A stretch of DNA of 64,000 bases from Vicugna vicugna (lineage: Eukaryota). The notes under the pieces are model-generated. The model was not told where the DNA came from and made no database searches. It was given only the letters and a program-made list of their open reading frames with translations. The DNA is taken from contig MU058844.1 in NCBI GenBank assembly GCA_013265495.1, forward strand, positions 4,889,535 to 4,953,534, given 5' to 3'. The position numbers were made by a program, and so were the translations under genes. Below are positions 37,880-52,040 of the stretch, piece after piece. Within the stretch, counting starts at the first letter, position 1. Each line of letters begins with the position of its first letter.

Positions 37880-38030
37880 TGTGTTTATTAGAATCCTCTT
37901 GAGAAACATTCCCAGTAATTCTTAAGGTGGAGATCTAGATTGTGGTTTGAGAATTTGTATTTTAAATCACCCTTAAGGAGTCTAATCAAAGTTGTTCATA
38001 AGTGATACTTTGAGGAACACTAATCTAGTG
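37880..38030. mobile_element. MER5-like MITE
   Basis: GAGAATTTGTATTTTAAATCACCC...ATACTTTGAGGAACACT. Confidence 0.55.
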
Positions 38031-38199
38031 ATACGAAATTCTCATGTGCTTACTCAGTTGAAAGTTAATTTCAGCTGTACTTTTTTATCCCACATGATGA
38101 TTAAGGGTTTTAATTAAAAATAGGAGTGGAGACACCCATAACTGCATCAGTTGCTTTTCCCCTAATAGTAAAGCAGAGGTAAAAAACAAACAAACAAAC

Positions 38200-38390
38200 A
38201 ACAGGATTTTGGAGCCTTATAGATCTGGATTTGAATCATGGTTATTCTACTAACTGGACATGTGACATTGAGAAAGATATTAACCTTTCTAACTTACAGT
38301 ATCTCTCATGTTTGAAAGGAGATTATAGTGTCTACCAAAGACTTCTGAAGAGAATCTAATAAATTATAATTGTAAAACAATTGGCAAATC
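38200..38390 (+). mobile_element. MIR
   Basis: TTTGGAGCCTTATAGATCTGGATTTGAATCATGG...TGTGACATTGAGAAAGATATTAACCTTTCT. Confidence 0.75.
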
Positions 38391-38399
38391 AATATTAGT

Positions 38400-39330
38400 C
38401 ATCCCATTCAACATTTGTATGCTGCCAAATTACAAGATACTGCATTAAATATGCAGGAAAATACATGTTGGAAAAAGAATTCCAGAATTTAAAGCCCTGT
38501 TAAAGATAAAGGTACACAGAAAAGTGAGAGTTATGTTATTAGATTATGATGTATTAAAAGACAGATTAACTTGTCTGAGGCCACAGGGTTAAGAATTAGA
38601 TCTGAGCGTGAATTTAAGTGCTGGCAGTTCGACTCCATAACACTAAACAGAGAAGAAAGGCTGCACGTATATGCTAGGGAATATTTTCTTTTTTTGAAAA
38701 CTGTGGTGAACCACTGAAAGAATTTAAGAAGAGTGCTGTTATCAGATTTCAATTTTATGAAGAACATCCTGAAAGCAGAAAAGATGGCTTTTGTTTTGTT
38801 TAGATTTGTTTTGAGGGAAGAAATTCTCGAGTCAAGGAGAGCTGTTAAAAGGCCATTGCAGCAATCCACACTGGGAAAGGAAGAGACTATACTAAGGTAG
38901 TGATGACTGGGAGAATAAATATTTAAAAAGTAATAAACAATCTAGATCTATAGAACTAAATAAGTAATTACATATAGGTTTTTAGGAAGAATAAACATTC
39001 AAACTTGGCTCCCCAATTTTATTTCTTGGTGGTTGGATCATTGTTTTTCACATTCACCATGGATGAGGAAACCACTGGAGAGCATCAAAGGACGAAGGGA
39101 AAGTGATGGTGCATTCATATTTGGATATGTTGAGTCTGAGATTTGGTATAACATACACACTGTACCAGTACATACACAGCTGTTTGATAACAATTCTGGA
39201 CCCCAGAGAGGACAATTTGTACTAAAGATAGAAAAGGATGTCATTAGCATGGATGATGAAACTATTTATTTAAATATACTTGTTAATGGATAGTGAGTAG
39301 AGATGAAAAGGCAAAGTGTTAACAGTAAAC
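38400..39330 (-). mobile_element. LINE-2 fragment
   Basis: GCTGTTAAAAGGCCATTGCAGCAATCCA; TTTTGGATATGTTGAGTCTGAG. Confidence 0.75.
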
Positions 39331-42169
39331 ATCCAACTTGTATATTAGAGTAAGTGAAGTGATAAAACCTGGGCAAAGACAAATACTAATACCAGGTAAA
39401 ATAAACTGTATGTTCACAGTATTAAAGGCCCTATGTTGCGTCCTTAATATGAAAAACCTCTTTTATATTTATTTCAGATTTATGCAGCTTTATAACTATT
39501 TATTAGAAAGGAAGTAGAGTCTTCACATTGAGAAACTTTCTAAATGTCACATTTCTAAAAAACGAAGAAGTTAGAGTTCAATTTCAAACATTCTTGACCT
39601 GTGTGATGTCCTGTTAACCACTAGGATTTCTGCTTCCAACAAATAATCACAGAAGGGAGTGAGGAAAAATAGGAACTGCAAAGATTTAGAGCAAACAGAA
39701 ATTAAGTATCTGCAAATCTTAAAAAGAGATTTGAAGTACAGTGGTGGGGCTTTGAAGTTAGGTAAAGGATAGGCAGTTGTAGCTTGAAAGTCGAATGATG
39801 TATGTTTAAGACTTAAGAGATAGAGCTGTTAAGGAAATGAGAAAATTCAGGGTGTAATACTGGGAGTGAGTGGCTGAAGTGAAACAGACGTGAAGATCAA
39901 TAAAGAATGAAAAAGAACTGTGAATCTGTGTTACAAAGGCCACATGCACAGAATTGAGGGCAAGGCAGATGCTGAGTTTCTCGGGGAGAGATGTTTGATG
40001 TCAGTGTTAACATCTTCAAAGAATTGGAGGGAAGGCTGTATCTGTGAGGCGTAGACATAACACAGATGAGGAACATCATTATGTGATGTATTTACTGAAT
40101 ATTCAAACTTCGCCCTTTTAATTCTCATTTAACTGCTCAAGTAGGATTACTCATTTTTCAAATTCTTACAGGGCAAGAAAAACTGGAGAACTGCCAAAGA
40201 AGTCACATTGATTCTCCTTTGTGTTTGATTCTATAGTTTTCCTCTCCAACATTCTCAGCCTTCGTTGATCTTCTGCTTTTGAGAAGCTTATGCAACTCTA
40301 GAGTTACCTGTCTAACCTGACCTTGGGGTGTTTAACCCACAGGCTTTATTTAATATGCTCTAACTCAAGCCTAATCTTTACTACATCATTATAGACTTCC
40401 AGCTGCCCTACTGACCCAATTCACTGCATTCTGGCAACTTTCTGGCCCTTTAGTCTCCTAGGTCCTGGCCTTGCCCATCTTCCTGACACTTTTGTATGGC
40501 CCTTGGTTGCCTAAGCATGATGTGAATGAACATTCCATGTGTTTTTCTGGCTAAGAGAGAGAGAGATCTACTTACTCTGGGTTAGAAGAAGACTCTACAA
40601 AGGCAGCCTCTACTATACTGTAAGACTAAAACGTTTTATAAAGTACCAACTAAGCCATATATGATTTAAGTCTTGTCCCCTAATTTTTTTTTTCTTAGAT
40701 AGATTTATTGATATACTAGAGAGGATAAACAGCTCTGATTTACCATGAGAGAGTTTTGGATTTGCAGCTCAGTGGGGCTTTGACTTTATAAGCGTCTTTC
40801 ATTATGAAATTAATTATTTAAATAATTACAACAATGTAAATGAACCGTCATCTTGAAATAGAACCCAATTTACTTCCTGCTAGTCCCCTAAGGGGCCTTT
40901 TTCTGTGGTTCACTGTAACCATGTCATCGCTTCAGTTCACCAGTTTGCATTTCCTGCTTTATGGATTAAGCACCGCAGGAATTACAATGTTCGACTACTT
41001 TTGTTTCTCCTTCTTCTCTTGTGCCATGTTAGTATTTTATCAAAAACTGACAAGTTTTGGTGGAAGGCAGGAGGTGAGAACAGCATGTCTGCGGAGTAAT
41101 TCAGGTTAAATATATGTACATTTAATTATTTACCCTTGGATTTACATGTTGTAATTTGGCGTTCTGGAAAGGCATTAGGATCTCAGTTTATTGCTAACAG
41201 CATGGCACTTGGGTTTTCAAAGAAGAGTTGATATGAGGCTAATGAGATTTAGTATCAGATATTTGGCTTTGCCTGAAATTGCCTTCGCCTGAAATTGCCT
41301 TCTTCACTCTCTCAGTAAGTTGTAAGATTTCATTAAGTCCCTTATCTCAGGGATATTGCTTTAAACTGAGACCCTTAATGCTACTAAGTGATTAAAGCAC
41401 TAAGTTTGAAATGTATAACAAGATTCTTCTTAAAACCTTGGAAGAGACAGAGCAAGGTAAGTACTTGATTATATGTGTGTATGTGTGTGTGTGTGTGTAG
41501 TTTAAAAGAAAAAAAAAGGAGCATGATAAATAAAGAAGGAAACATACTTCCAAAGACTTAGTTATATGGAATATAGATAAACAAAAATGTAGCCACTTAG
41601 GAGCCAATCAAAATATGTGATATTTAATAACCACAGGGAAAGGTAAAACCGTGATCAACTATTCTTCACGAACTTCTTAAAACAGTTTAGGTCGTCAAAC
41701 TAAGTATGATCTAATACACCTGAGGACTACTGAGGTTATGGAGTAGATTATCATGGGGGAAGGAATATGCTTGGAAATGTTCACAATTTTGCCAAGAAAA
41801 TGATGACTTTGTTGTGGTTCCACATTGGTGCAACCGAGAAGGTCAGACTAAAATTCCTGAGAGTTGAGATAGTTTAGCAGTGGAAAGGTAGAGTCTGAAA
41901 TGGTATGCTCAAAGACATGAAAGTAAGCCTTGCTTAATTTTTAACAATTTTGGCCGCATTTGTAGTTTTCTTCAGAGATATTTATGTAGCACAAATAACA
42001 TGAATTCAGGTGATATTTGACTCTTAGAGAAGCACAGAAAGATACCTTTTCATCCACGGGGTATCATAGTTCCCTAGAAGCTAAGGTAGCTGGTAAATCC
42101 ACGAATGATAAGAAATACAAAAAGAATAGGGAATTGGGAAAAACAAATAGAACATATTTTATCATAAAA

Positions 42170-42620
42170 TATCTTCTCAACCTCCACATGCCCTAAGTGT
42201 CTTTCATGTTTAGCTTTTGTGCCTCTCTGCAACATTCTGCATGATATCTCAGTATCAACTTCCAGTTCAATAATTCTCTCCCTGTCTAGGTCTACTTATG
42301 GGTGTATATCATCTATTGCATCTTTTTTTTTTAAATTAAAGTCTCCATATTTTTATTCCTAACACTTTAATTGTCTTTACCACACTTATTTTTCTGCTTG
42401 TTCTATTTCTATTTTCAGTTCATATTGTTTAGTGTAACTTACATCTTTATTTAAATTTTTCAGCATGGAAAACATACTAATTTAAAAGTGTTTGTTCAAC
42501 TGCTTTATAAAATTAACTGGACCTGGAGAGAATTTACTTCTGATTTTGTTGTTGTTGTTAGCTGTATTTTGAGGTATTGTATGTCTTTATGTGCTATTGA
42601 ATTTTATACTTCACACAATT
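42170..42620 (-). mobile_element. Old L1M fragment (ORF1 region, antisense)
   Basis: AACTTCCAGTTCAATAATTCTCTC...CATCTATTGCATCTTTT. Confidence 0.55.
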
Positions 42621-43099
42621 TTTATTCTCTCATTCTCTCTCTCTCTCTGATTCTCTCTCTCTGTCTCCTCTCTCTTTCTCTTCTGTGCAGTTTTTCTGTC
42701 AAACAGTTTTACAGTTGACTTAACCAGGATTAGCTTCTTATTCAAGGGCCAGGTTATAGTGGTCATTGTTTGTTCAATAGTCACAGCTTGAATCAAATCA
42801 GATCAGAGTGCAGTAAGATCACTTGGCATGTTTCTTGGTCTTGAGTCTGTGTAGGTGATTTGTTACTTGTCCAAGCTTACAATTTTTTATAGGCCATAGT
42901 TTCAAGCCTCCTTCCAAAATGGTAGGATCCCAAACCAGTCCCTAGCTTCATGCAGGGATCTTAATTTTGCACCCCCTCCCCGCCACCGACCTTCTTGAAA
43001 GCACATTTTTAATTGGCTTTACATCATTACAAATCCAAACCAAATGTTATTGCTGACTTCCAAACTTTTAGACAAAAGTCATCAAGTAGACCTAGGGAG

Positions 43100-44790
43100 G
43101 AAGATTTCAGAAAGACGACGGGATCAAACCATAAGGAAGATAAATTGATACAAAACCTGCATGCACCCTATGGGAGAGCTTCAAAATATATAAATCAAAA
43201 TTTCATAGAAGTAAGTCGACTAGATACCAACATTCATAATCTGAAATTTTAATGTACCTCTTAGTAGCTGACAGAAGAAATAGAACAACAAGAAAAACAA
43301 ACATCAATAAGGATACAAAAGGACAAAGGACAGTGAAATTCAATGAATTTATTCTAATTGAAATATATAGAACATTACACCCAACAATGATAGAAAATGC
43401 ATTCTTTTCTGAGAATGCACTTGGAAAGTCATCAAAATTGACCATATGTTGGTTCATAAAATAAGCCTCAACAAATTTCAGTGGATTGAAATAATTCAAA
43501 GCACATTTTCACATTAAAATAAGCCAGAAAGTCCCCAGATCTACCAAATAATGCAACAATGAAAAACCAAAGTAAAAATTGGGAAGTATTTAAAATATGA
43601 ATTATACTTAAATGTGTACTGTTAAATCTTGTTAAGATTCAGCCAAAGCCAAAGGGCTCTGTAGAGAATTTTGAAGCTTTAATTTAGAAGAAAATTAAAT
43701 TTAATTTAGAAGAAGAAAAGAAATAAATAGAAAATGGAAATAGTCTTATATTCACTTAAAAATTATATCTGAAATTAAATACTTGGCGATGAAGAAAACT
43801 CCAAGCTCTGATAATTAATTCATTAATTGTTTTACACATACATTTAAGAAATAAATAGCATCAAAATATTTGAAGCAAAAATTATCAAAAATAAATGGAA
43901 AAATAGATAATTCCAAAGTTTACAGGTAAAGCTTCTAATATTGCTTTTTTGGAAATTGATAGAGCATAGAGTTTTTTAAAAAAATCTATAAAGACATAGA
44001 TAATCTGAGTAATACCATCAACCTTGTCCTAATTAATATTTGTAGGATGCTGTTATATCCAACAATTAGAAATTACACGTTTCTTGCAAGTCCTGAATAT
44101 ATAAGCCAGAAGATTAATTTGTACATATATCATTACATGATTGTTATGTAGGAAACAATGTAATGAGGAAAAGTTGGACTTTTTTCTATAAATAATGCTG
44201 GATTAACTGAATATCCATATGGAAAAAGAAAAAATCTTGAAAAATATTTCAAACCATATATACTTGCATGTAAATATGAAAGACAAACTATTAATGTTTC
44301 AAAGACAAAATGTAGGAGGATATTTTCACAAGTTTGACCCTAGATAAAGTTTTCTTGAACAAGATATTAACAGCATTAACCATAAAAGACTAAATTGTAA
44401 AGTGAACTATATTAAAATTAATAATTTTTGTTTTTAAAATATATTACTAAAGGGGTATAAAAACAAACAACAGAATGGGAACAGATGTTACCAGCACATA
44501 TTTCAAACAAAAGACTTAGAACACATAAAGAAATTCTATGAGTCTATAAGAAAAAAGTAGAAAAAACAACTAAAAATAGATAAAATGTTTAAATAGGCAT
44601 TTCACAAAGGAGGATATCAAAATTATAATAAACATATAAAAGGTAGTCATTTTTATTTGCCATCAAAGATGTGCAAACTAAAACCACAATGTAATAATAT
44701 TGCACAGTCACCAGGAATATATGAAAAAGAAAAAATACAAAAAATAACAGCTAGAACAAACTAAAACTTTCAAATACTTCTCTTAGGAGT
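43100..44790 (+). mobile_element. Old L1M ORF2 fragments (two endonuclease-region pieces plus a C-terminal piece)
   Basis: ORFs show NLHAPYGRASKYINQ and LIEIYRTLHPT (L1 EN domain); GGCATTTCACAAAGGAGGATAT...AAACTAAAACCACAATG. Confidence 0.85.
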
Positions 44791-44814
44791 GTACTTAAAA
44801 AACTTATCAACAGT

Positions 44815-46385
44815 TATTTTTTAGCCGTTTTATTGAAATATAGTTTGCATACTGTATTGCTTGACTATTCAAAGTGTATAATTAAATGGATTTCAGTATA
44901 CTAAATATATGTGCAGGCATTACCACAATCAGTTTTAGAATATTTTCACCATCTAAAATTGAAAACCCATATCTTTTAGCTATCAATCCCTACCCAGCCC
45001 TAGGAAAACACTTATTTCATTTCTGTCTCTATAGATTTTCCTATTCTGGACATTTATAAAAGTAGAGTTTTACAATATGTAGCCTTTAGTAACTGGCTTT
45101 TTTAACTTGGAGTAATGTTTTCAATGTTCATTCATTTTGTGGCATGTATCAGTTTTTGTTTCTTTTTTATGCCCAAATTATGTTCCATTGTATGGATATA
45201 TCACATTTTGTTTGTCCATTCATTAACTGATTGCCACTGGGTTTTTTTCACTTTTGAAGTATTATCAATAATGCTACTATGTATATTTGTACACACATTT
45301 TTGTGTTGATATATATTATTTCTTTTGGGTATATACTGAGGAGTGGAATGACTGGATCATATGGTATCTCTTTATTTAATTGTGTGAGGAATTACCAGGC
45401 TGTTTTCCAAGATGGCTGCACTATTTACATTTCCACTAGCCAATGCTTGTTATTATCTGACTTTGATACTAGTCATTCTAATGGCTGTGAAGCATATTTT
45501 ATCATGGTTTTCACTGGTATTTCCCTCATAATTAATTATGTTGAACATTTTTTCATGTGCTTACTAGTTATTTGTATATTTTGGAGAAATGTCTATTTAA
45601 ATTGCCTGTTTTAAATTAATTACTTATCTTTTTATTGAGTTGTATGAATCTTTTATATGTTGTGAATACATGCCCCTTATCAGATACTTAAATTACAAAT
45701 GTTTTCTCTAATCACATGGGTCACTTTCTTAATGGTCCTTTGAAGCAAAAAGTTTTTTTACTTGGGTAAAGTCCAATGTTTCTCTCTTTTTTTTTCTTTT
45801 ATTACTTATGCTTTTGGTGTCATATCTAAGAATCCTTTTCAAAATCCCAGATCATGAATGTTAACCTCTATGTTTTCTTCTAATAGTTTATAGTTTTAGT
45901 TCTTACAGTTAGGTCTTTGATATCTTTGAGTTAATTTTGTATATGGTGTGAATTCAGAGTCCAACTTCATTCATTTGCTTGTTGTCTCAACACTTGCTTG
46001 TCAAAAATCAGTTGACCATATATGTGTAAGTTTATTTATTGACTATCAGTTCTGCTCCATAGATCTGTATGTCTGTCCTTATGCCAGTACCACACTGTCT
46101 TGATTTTGTTGCTTTGTCTTAGCTTTTGAAATCAGAAAGTGTAAGTTCTCCTACTTTGTTCTTTTTATTCAAGATTGTATTGACTTTTCTGGGCCCTTTG
46201 CAATTCCATATGAATTTTAGAATAGGCATGTCAATTTCTTCAAAGAAGTCAGCTGGTCTTCTGATAGGGATTACACTGAGTCTATAGAACTCAGCGGGGT
46301 TTATTAATAATGTTAAATCTTCTGATCTGTGAACATGGAATATTTCTTCAATGTTTTAGTTCTTTAAATCCTTTTAACAATGTTT
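44815..46385 (-). mobile_element. L1MB-type 3' end and ORF2 fragment
   Basis: TTTATTGAAATATAGTTTGCATAC; TTCTGTCTCTATAGATTTTCCTATTCTGGACATTT; ATGCCAGTACCACACTGTCTTGATT; CAATTCCATATGAATTTTAGAAT. Confidence 0.9.
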
Positions 46386-46599
46386 TGTAAGCTTGAGTGG
46401 ATTAAAAATTTAATAGTATTGAGATAACTGAGAAAAGAAAAGGAAAGGTCCATATAAAAGTGGGGGAGGTATTCTGAGAAAAGGAAATTTTTTTTTCAAA
46501 GAGTCATTTGATTTATTTATGTACCTTACACAAAGATGTTAAAAGAGGGAATTTTGTGAAATTAGAAAAGGTCACTGACTCTTGCCTTTTTCTGAAAAT

Positions 46600-48620
46600 T
46601 TCAGGAAAAGTAACTTGTATTAAACATTAGCACCAGAAAATTATCAAAACTCATTCAAAGTTAGTATAAGAAGAAGGAGAATGAGAAGAATAAATTTCCT
46701 ATAGGCAGTGAAATAAATGGAATAAGATGCTCAAGGAGGAGATACCTTAGATGTTTTAGAATAAGATGCTCATGGAGCAGGACTTCTTTTCCAAAATACG
46801 TTTAAATCTATTAAGAAAATGACACAGATGTGAAAGAATAATACAATCAGAATTAGAAAAACTCAAAATTGAGATGATAGAACTTATTAAAGAATGATAT
46901 GAAAGAAAAAATCATTTTCAGAAATTAAGAATAAACTAGAAGAAATACAATAGCAAATTAAGAAAACAGATACTACTTTAAAAGAAGTATTATGAAAGGA
47001 GGAACATTTTTAAAACAACAATAAATGAAATAACAAATATTGTATAGGCAAAGATCAGTTTACAGATCAAAGAACTCCCTGAAGAAGAAAACCAGAGTAA
47101 GGAAACAGTAGAAATAATAAAAATATAACTGGAGGAAACATTTCTGAAATACAAATTTAAAAAAATTGAGACTACACAATAAAAGAGTATGTTACATGCT
47201 TAATATGAGAATATTGACCTAGAATAACCTATTTCAATACCTATTTTAATAAAATTCCTGGCTTTTACAGAATAAGAAAAAAAAGTATTTGGTTACTTAG
47301 GCAAGAGTAGCAAGTGAATTATAAACAAAAGAAAATTAGTTTATCATTTGACTCTTTGACGGCAATGCTCCATTACAGATCAAAATGGAGAATCATGTTA
47401 AAGATATATAGTGAAAACAAATGTTCACCAATGTGTTAATATATAATAGAAGTGACTTTCCACTTTAAAGGTCACAGACAAACTCTTATCTTAATGTAAG
47501 AAATACTGTTAACCTTGAGACTTTTTTAAGACTCTATTATAGAATGAGTTTCAAACAACCAAAATGACTATGGACAGCATGAGGGCTTGTGTGAGAATAA
47601 AATAAATTATTACTTGTAAAACTAAGATTAAATGAGGACTAAAGGAACAGAATAAGATGCATAGTATCCAATTGCTTTTTATTCAAAGTACAAGTATAAA
47701 ATAGAGGGAGTTTAGGAATACCAAAAAAAATCTAATTGTTTTCAGTAAGTATTTTGTTGGTAGTAGTACTATTTTGTGTGTAATATGAGGTAGGATAAAT
47801 GATTAATTGTTATAAATTCTAAATTTGCTTATCCCGTGTTCTTGATAACCAAGATTCCTGGTGTGGAACAAAAGAAATAAAGGTGTAATGTAGAAAACAT
47901 TAAACAAAAGTTATATAGTCCTGGATTTTAATTGGAAATATGGGAGCTTCAATATAGAATGATTATATATTTAGTATTCAGTATAGAATTAGAATTATCA
48001 CTATTTTGCCATATGTAATTAATTAATGGATCTCAGCCTTAATATCAACAGTTACACACACACAAATGAGGAGACACTTTGAGCTTCCTAATAAAACACA
48101 CCATCATCTGTAGGCTTGATTGTTGGATTGAATGTGATCCTTGTCAAAACTCTGAATCCAGCAGCCAGTTTGCAGAAAATATAGAGGACAAAGATACATA
48201 TCAAATTATATAACTATGAAATCAGCAAAATCTAGAATGTTGGAAAAGCTGCAGGTTCTTTAAAGGCTAACTTATAAGTAACTGAATAGGATAAAGGGAA
48301 AATTTATAAATTAAGGCAACTTAAAAGACACTTTTTAATAAACCAGACTAAATTACAGTGTCTAGAGATGCACACATGTACCCTAAAACATAAGAAACAA
48401 AAGGAAATGATTCCCACAAAAGTCAAAAGTAGTGCTTACTTTTTGGAGAGATAGAGTTAAGATGGATACAAGGTACATGGAAGGGTTCCTGGGGTAACTG
48501 GCTAAGGTGTGTATGTCTCAACCTGAGTGGTGATTATAGGTTCATTTGCCTTGTAATATCTCATTAAACCATATATTTGTATGTTTTTCTGTAGCACTGT
48601 TTTACATTTTTTTAAACACT
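46600..48620 (+). mobile_element. HAL1/L1ME-like element (ORF1-like region then 3' end)
   Basis: A-rich ORF1-like decay (CCTGAAGAAGAAAACCAGAG; GGAAACATTTCTGAAATA; ATTTTAATAAAATTCCTGGC); 3' end CTCAACCTGAGTGGTGATTATAGG. Confidence 0.65.
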
Positions 48621-49689
48621 GATTTCTTTTCACTCTATAGTAATGAAGTAAGAATTTTTTAAAAAGGTGATTAAAAATAGAAATAGCATGTCACTGTTAT
48701 GCTAGCTTTAAAAGAAAATTCTCAGAGATGTAGATTTTAATAATAATAATTTAAACACATTCCAAATGCAATTAAATATGAGAATACGGTGGAAAGCATG
48801 TCTAAAAAAAAGAAAAGAAATAAACTTGGGAGTTTTAGGATAATAATAAATATACCTGTAAGATTTTATTAGACTAAGTAGGTAGTCTTTGTAAGGAAAA
48901 AACAGAGGAAGAGAACATAGGATCTACTGAGAAGAGAAACTAGCGTCTTTATTTTTCCTGGATGTAGTATTATGCTCCCTTTTATTAGTACCTAAAATAG
49001 TCACCTTGATTAAGGCAAATTTATAAATTGTTAGTTCTAAATAATATTTAATATGAGGAATAATGTAAATTGGTTGTTTAGTTTAGTCAAAATTGACCCA
49101 AGAAGGCAAAGTGCCCGTATTGGAGATACGGATAAGGAGACATTTGTCTTTTACTGTAGAAATTCATTTCGTCTTTTAATAAAGTATGTAATTTAAGCAT
49201 TTAACTGCATTAAGGTTGTAATAAGAAAGCTTTTAATACATAAATGCCGTCGAATATTCTCTCTTTTTTTGGCAGAAGAACTCTTAGAATTCTTCTTTTT
49301 CTTTTATTTTCCCCTTCCTGACCTCAGAGGAGAGCCCTAGTTTAACAGACCTGCTGTGGAATTTATAAGCAGAATTTGTAGAAGTAAAAGATGAAAGAAA
49401 GTTTATAGACTGGGGCTGGGTTGAAGTTTGTAGTGAGTTTGGTGGATAGGAGACAAAAGTAAAAATTTTAAAACATACTGATCTATAGATCACTTACTTT
49501 ATTATAGTTACTTTAATATCACTGTATGTGATCTTTTGACTTGGGCTTCTCTGGGAGGAGACCATTTGGGGAAGAGATCTGCATGCAGGAAACATGGAAG
49601 AGTAGAACCTTACATCAGTAAGTTATCATTGGGTAATATAAACCACTGTGAAGGTTTGGGTGAGACAGGAAACTGCTAGAGATAGTAGC

Positions 49690-49920
49690 ACACACAAGGT
49701 CTTTGAAGCCTGTGCTCAGAAGTGGCACACCTTCACTTCTGCTGCTTTCTATTAGCCAAAGTAAGTAATAAGCCCTACTCAGATTCAAAGGACAGTGAGA
49801 AAAAATAGATAACCAAAACTCCATCTCTTGAAGTGAGGAGATTATGAAGTCACACAGCATAGGGTATGGAGACAAAAAGACCATTAACTGGGACTATAAA
49901 TTAAGTCAATCTATTACAAT
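49690..49920 (-). mobile_element. MaLR LTR fragment (MLT1G/H-like)
   Basis: GCTCAGAAGTGGCACACCTTCACTTCTGCTGCTTTCTATTAGCCAAAG...CAGATTCAAAGG...ACTCCATCTCTTGA. Confidence 0.75.
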
Positions 49921-50264
49921 ATCCAACATCATCTAAGATTTAACTTTGTAAATGTTATTCTAAAAGGATAAGAGCTTCAGCTTTTCAAGTTCCTATGTTT
50001 CAAGTTTCCATCTTTCCTTTATAAATAAAGAGTCAGATGACATGGAGTCATAGCTTGCTGGTTATTTGAATATGTGAATGAGAATGAACAAAGTTAATTA
50101 CAGAAAGCTCTTGACTGATAGTGAAAGTACGATTTAATGGACTACTAAAAATAAGTGGTTAAAAACTAGAACACATTATATTTGCATTGTATTTTCCAGA
50201 AAGCATTTAATAACTTCACTAATTTTCATGTTTGTTTACTATATGCTTGTTTACTGTATGTTTA

Positions 50265-52040
50265 AGTTTGGCTGTGAATAATAGAAGACCCAAAGTAGCA
50301 GTCATTTATGCAAGTTATAAATTTCTCTTATAGAGAATTCAGTATCAGGGGCCAGGGCTATAAGACATTCCATGGTGTTAGGATCTAGGCTTCTTCTTGT
50401 TCCAACATACTTTTCTAAAACAAATTTTCTATCTTGGAATAAGTTTAGATTTAGATTAAAGTTACAAAGGTAAAACAAAAAGTTAATGTATATTTCCTAC
50501 CAAGTTTCCCCCATTGTTAACATCTTACACTACTGTGTAAGAAACCAATGTTGGTGCATTACTATTAACTAAAATTCTGACTTGTATTTACTAGTTTTTC
50601 TATTACTGTCTTTTTCTGTTCCAGGATCCAGTCTGGGGTACCATGTAGTATTTCTCTGTCATGACTCTGTAGTCCCTCCTCTGGTCTGTGACATATTACC
50701 AATCTTTCCTACTTTTCCATGATCTTGATAGTCTTGAGGCATACTGGTCAGGTATCCTGTAGATGGTCTCGCAATCTGTGTTTATTTGATACTTTTTATT
50801 CATGGTTAGCTTGGGGTTATTGTTTTTTGACAGGAGTATTACAGAGGCAGAGGGCCCTTCTCATCATATCATATAAGTGGATAGATGACATTGGTAACAT
50901 TAACCATGACTTGGTTAAGGTAGTTTTTGCCAGGTTTCTCCACTCTAAATTTACTTTGCTTTTCTTTCTGTACTCTATTCTTTGTAAGCATATTGCTAAG
51001 TCCAATGGACCTTTAAGGGGGAGGGATTAAGCTCCACCTCCCGGGATGGGGAGACACTACATATATTAAATTGAAGCTTGTAAAAAAGCAAGGAGGATTT
51101 GTTTCTTTTCTTCCATTTAATCATTTATTCAATTATTTATATTACTATGGCTCATTGATATTTATTTTATACTTCGAGCTATAATCCAATACTATATTAT
51201 TCATTTTGTGACTCAAATTATTCTAATTTTGACCTTTTGGAGGTATTTAAGGTTGACTTTAATTTTTCTATAACATGTCACCATCCTTCTGTTTTTTTGA
51301 GGACACCTTTACATTTTGGTACTACAAGATGCTCCAGAATCACCTTATATTTACCCTGTCCCCATTCTGGAATAAGTCACTTTTATAATAAGGACTAGTT
51401 CTTTTTATGAAAATAATACTTAGAAACCAAAATCTGAATGTTAGGTATGTTTGTTGCTTCTGAGGTGTTACTATTTCCAGACTCTCTCAATAGATAGAAA
51501 TAGGTAATTTGAATATATACTAGCCCACGAATACACAGATCTTTATAATTATTTGTTTATTTGTTCTTTGTGTGTGAATATACACAAATGTGTATATATG
51601 TGCACACACATAAATATGTGTACACACTTATTTATATATTAGCTAAACATGAGCTTATTCTCATGTCTCTGACTCCAGTCCAGAACCACATGGTTTACTC
51701 TAACCTTCCTTTCTTGCTTATCAGTAACTTCCCTCTGTGACAGTAAGAAATCTGGCTTCTGTCATCTTCTATCTGTTTACTTATCTGTACACATTATGCC
51801 TTTTTTATCTTATCGTGCAAGATAAGAGCCGGCATGCTTCGGGTAGTACATTGGAGGTAAGGATGGAGAATTATAGGCAAAGAACACACATGAGGTTTCC
51901 TGCAAGAAAGGGTTTCCGGAAACTGCTCTGCAACTTTTCTGCTGACATTCCATTAGCAAAAAATTGGTCACAAGGCCATACACAGCTGAAAAGGAGCTCG
52001 AGAAATGTGCTTTTTATCCTGGGAAGCAGAATTCCAAGCT
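50265..52040 (-). mobile_element. MLT1I/J-like LTR (50265-50405 and 51790-52040) split by an L1
   Basis: TTTGGCTGTGAATAATAGAAGACCCAAA; ACTTTTCTGCTGACATTCCATTAGC...GGTCACAAGGCCATACACAGCTG...GAGAAATGTG. Confidence 0.7.
50415..51785 (-). mobile_element. L1MC-type 3' UTR
   Basis: TTTCCCCCATTGTTAACATCTTACA; TTTCTGTTCCAGGATCC; TTTGCCAGGTTTCTCCACT; GGTACTACAAGATGCTCCAG; antisense homologue of 33600-34950. Confidence 0.88.

Noticed and set aside
51565..51630. Self-complementary TG/CA/TA tract
   Set aside because: Low-complexity decay within an L1 3'UTR; hairpin potential is expected from composition.
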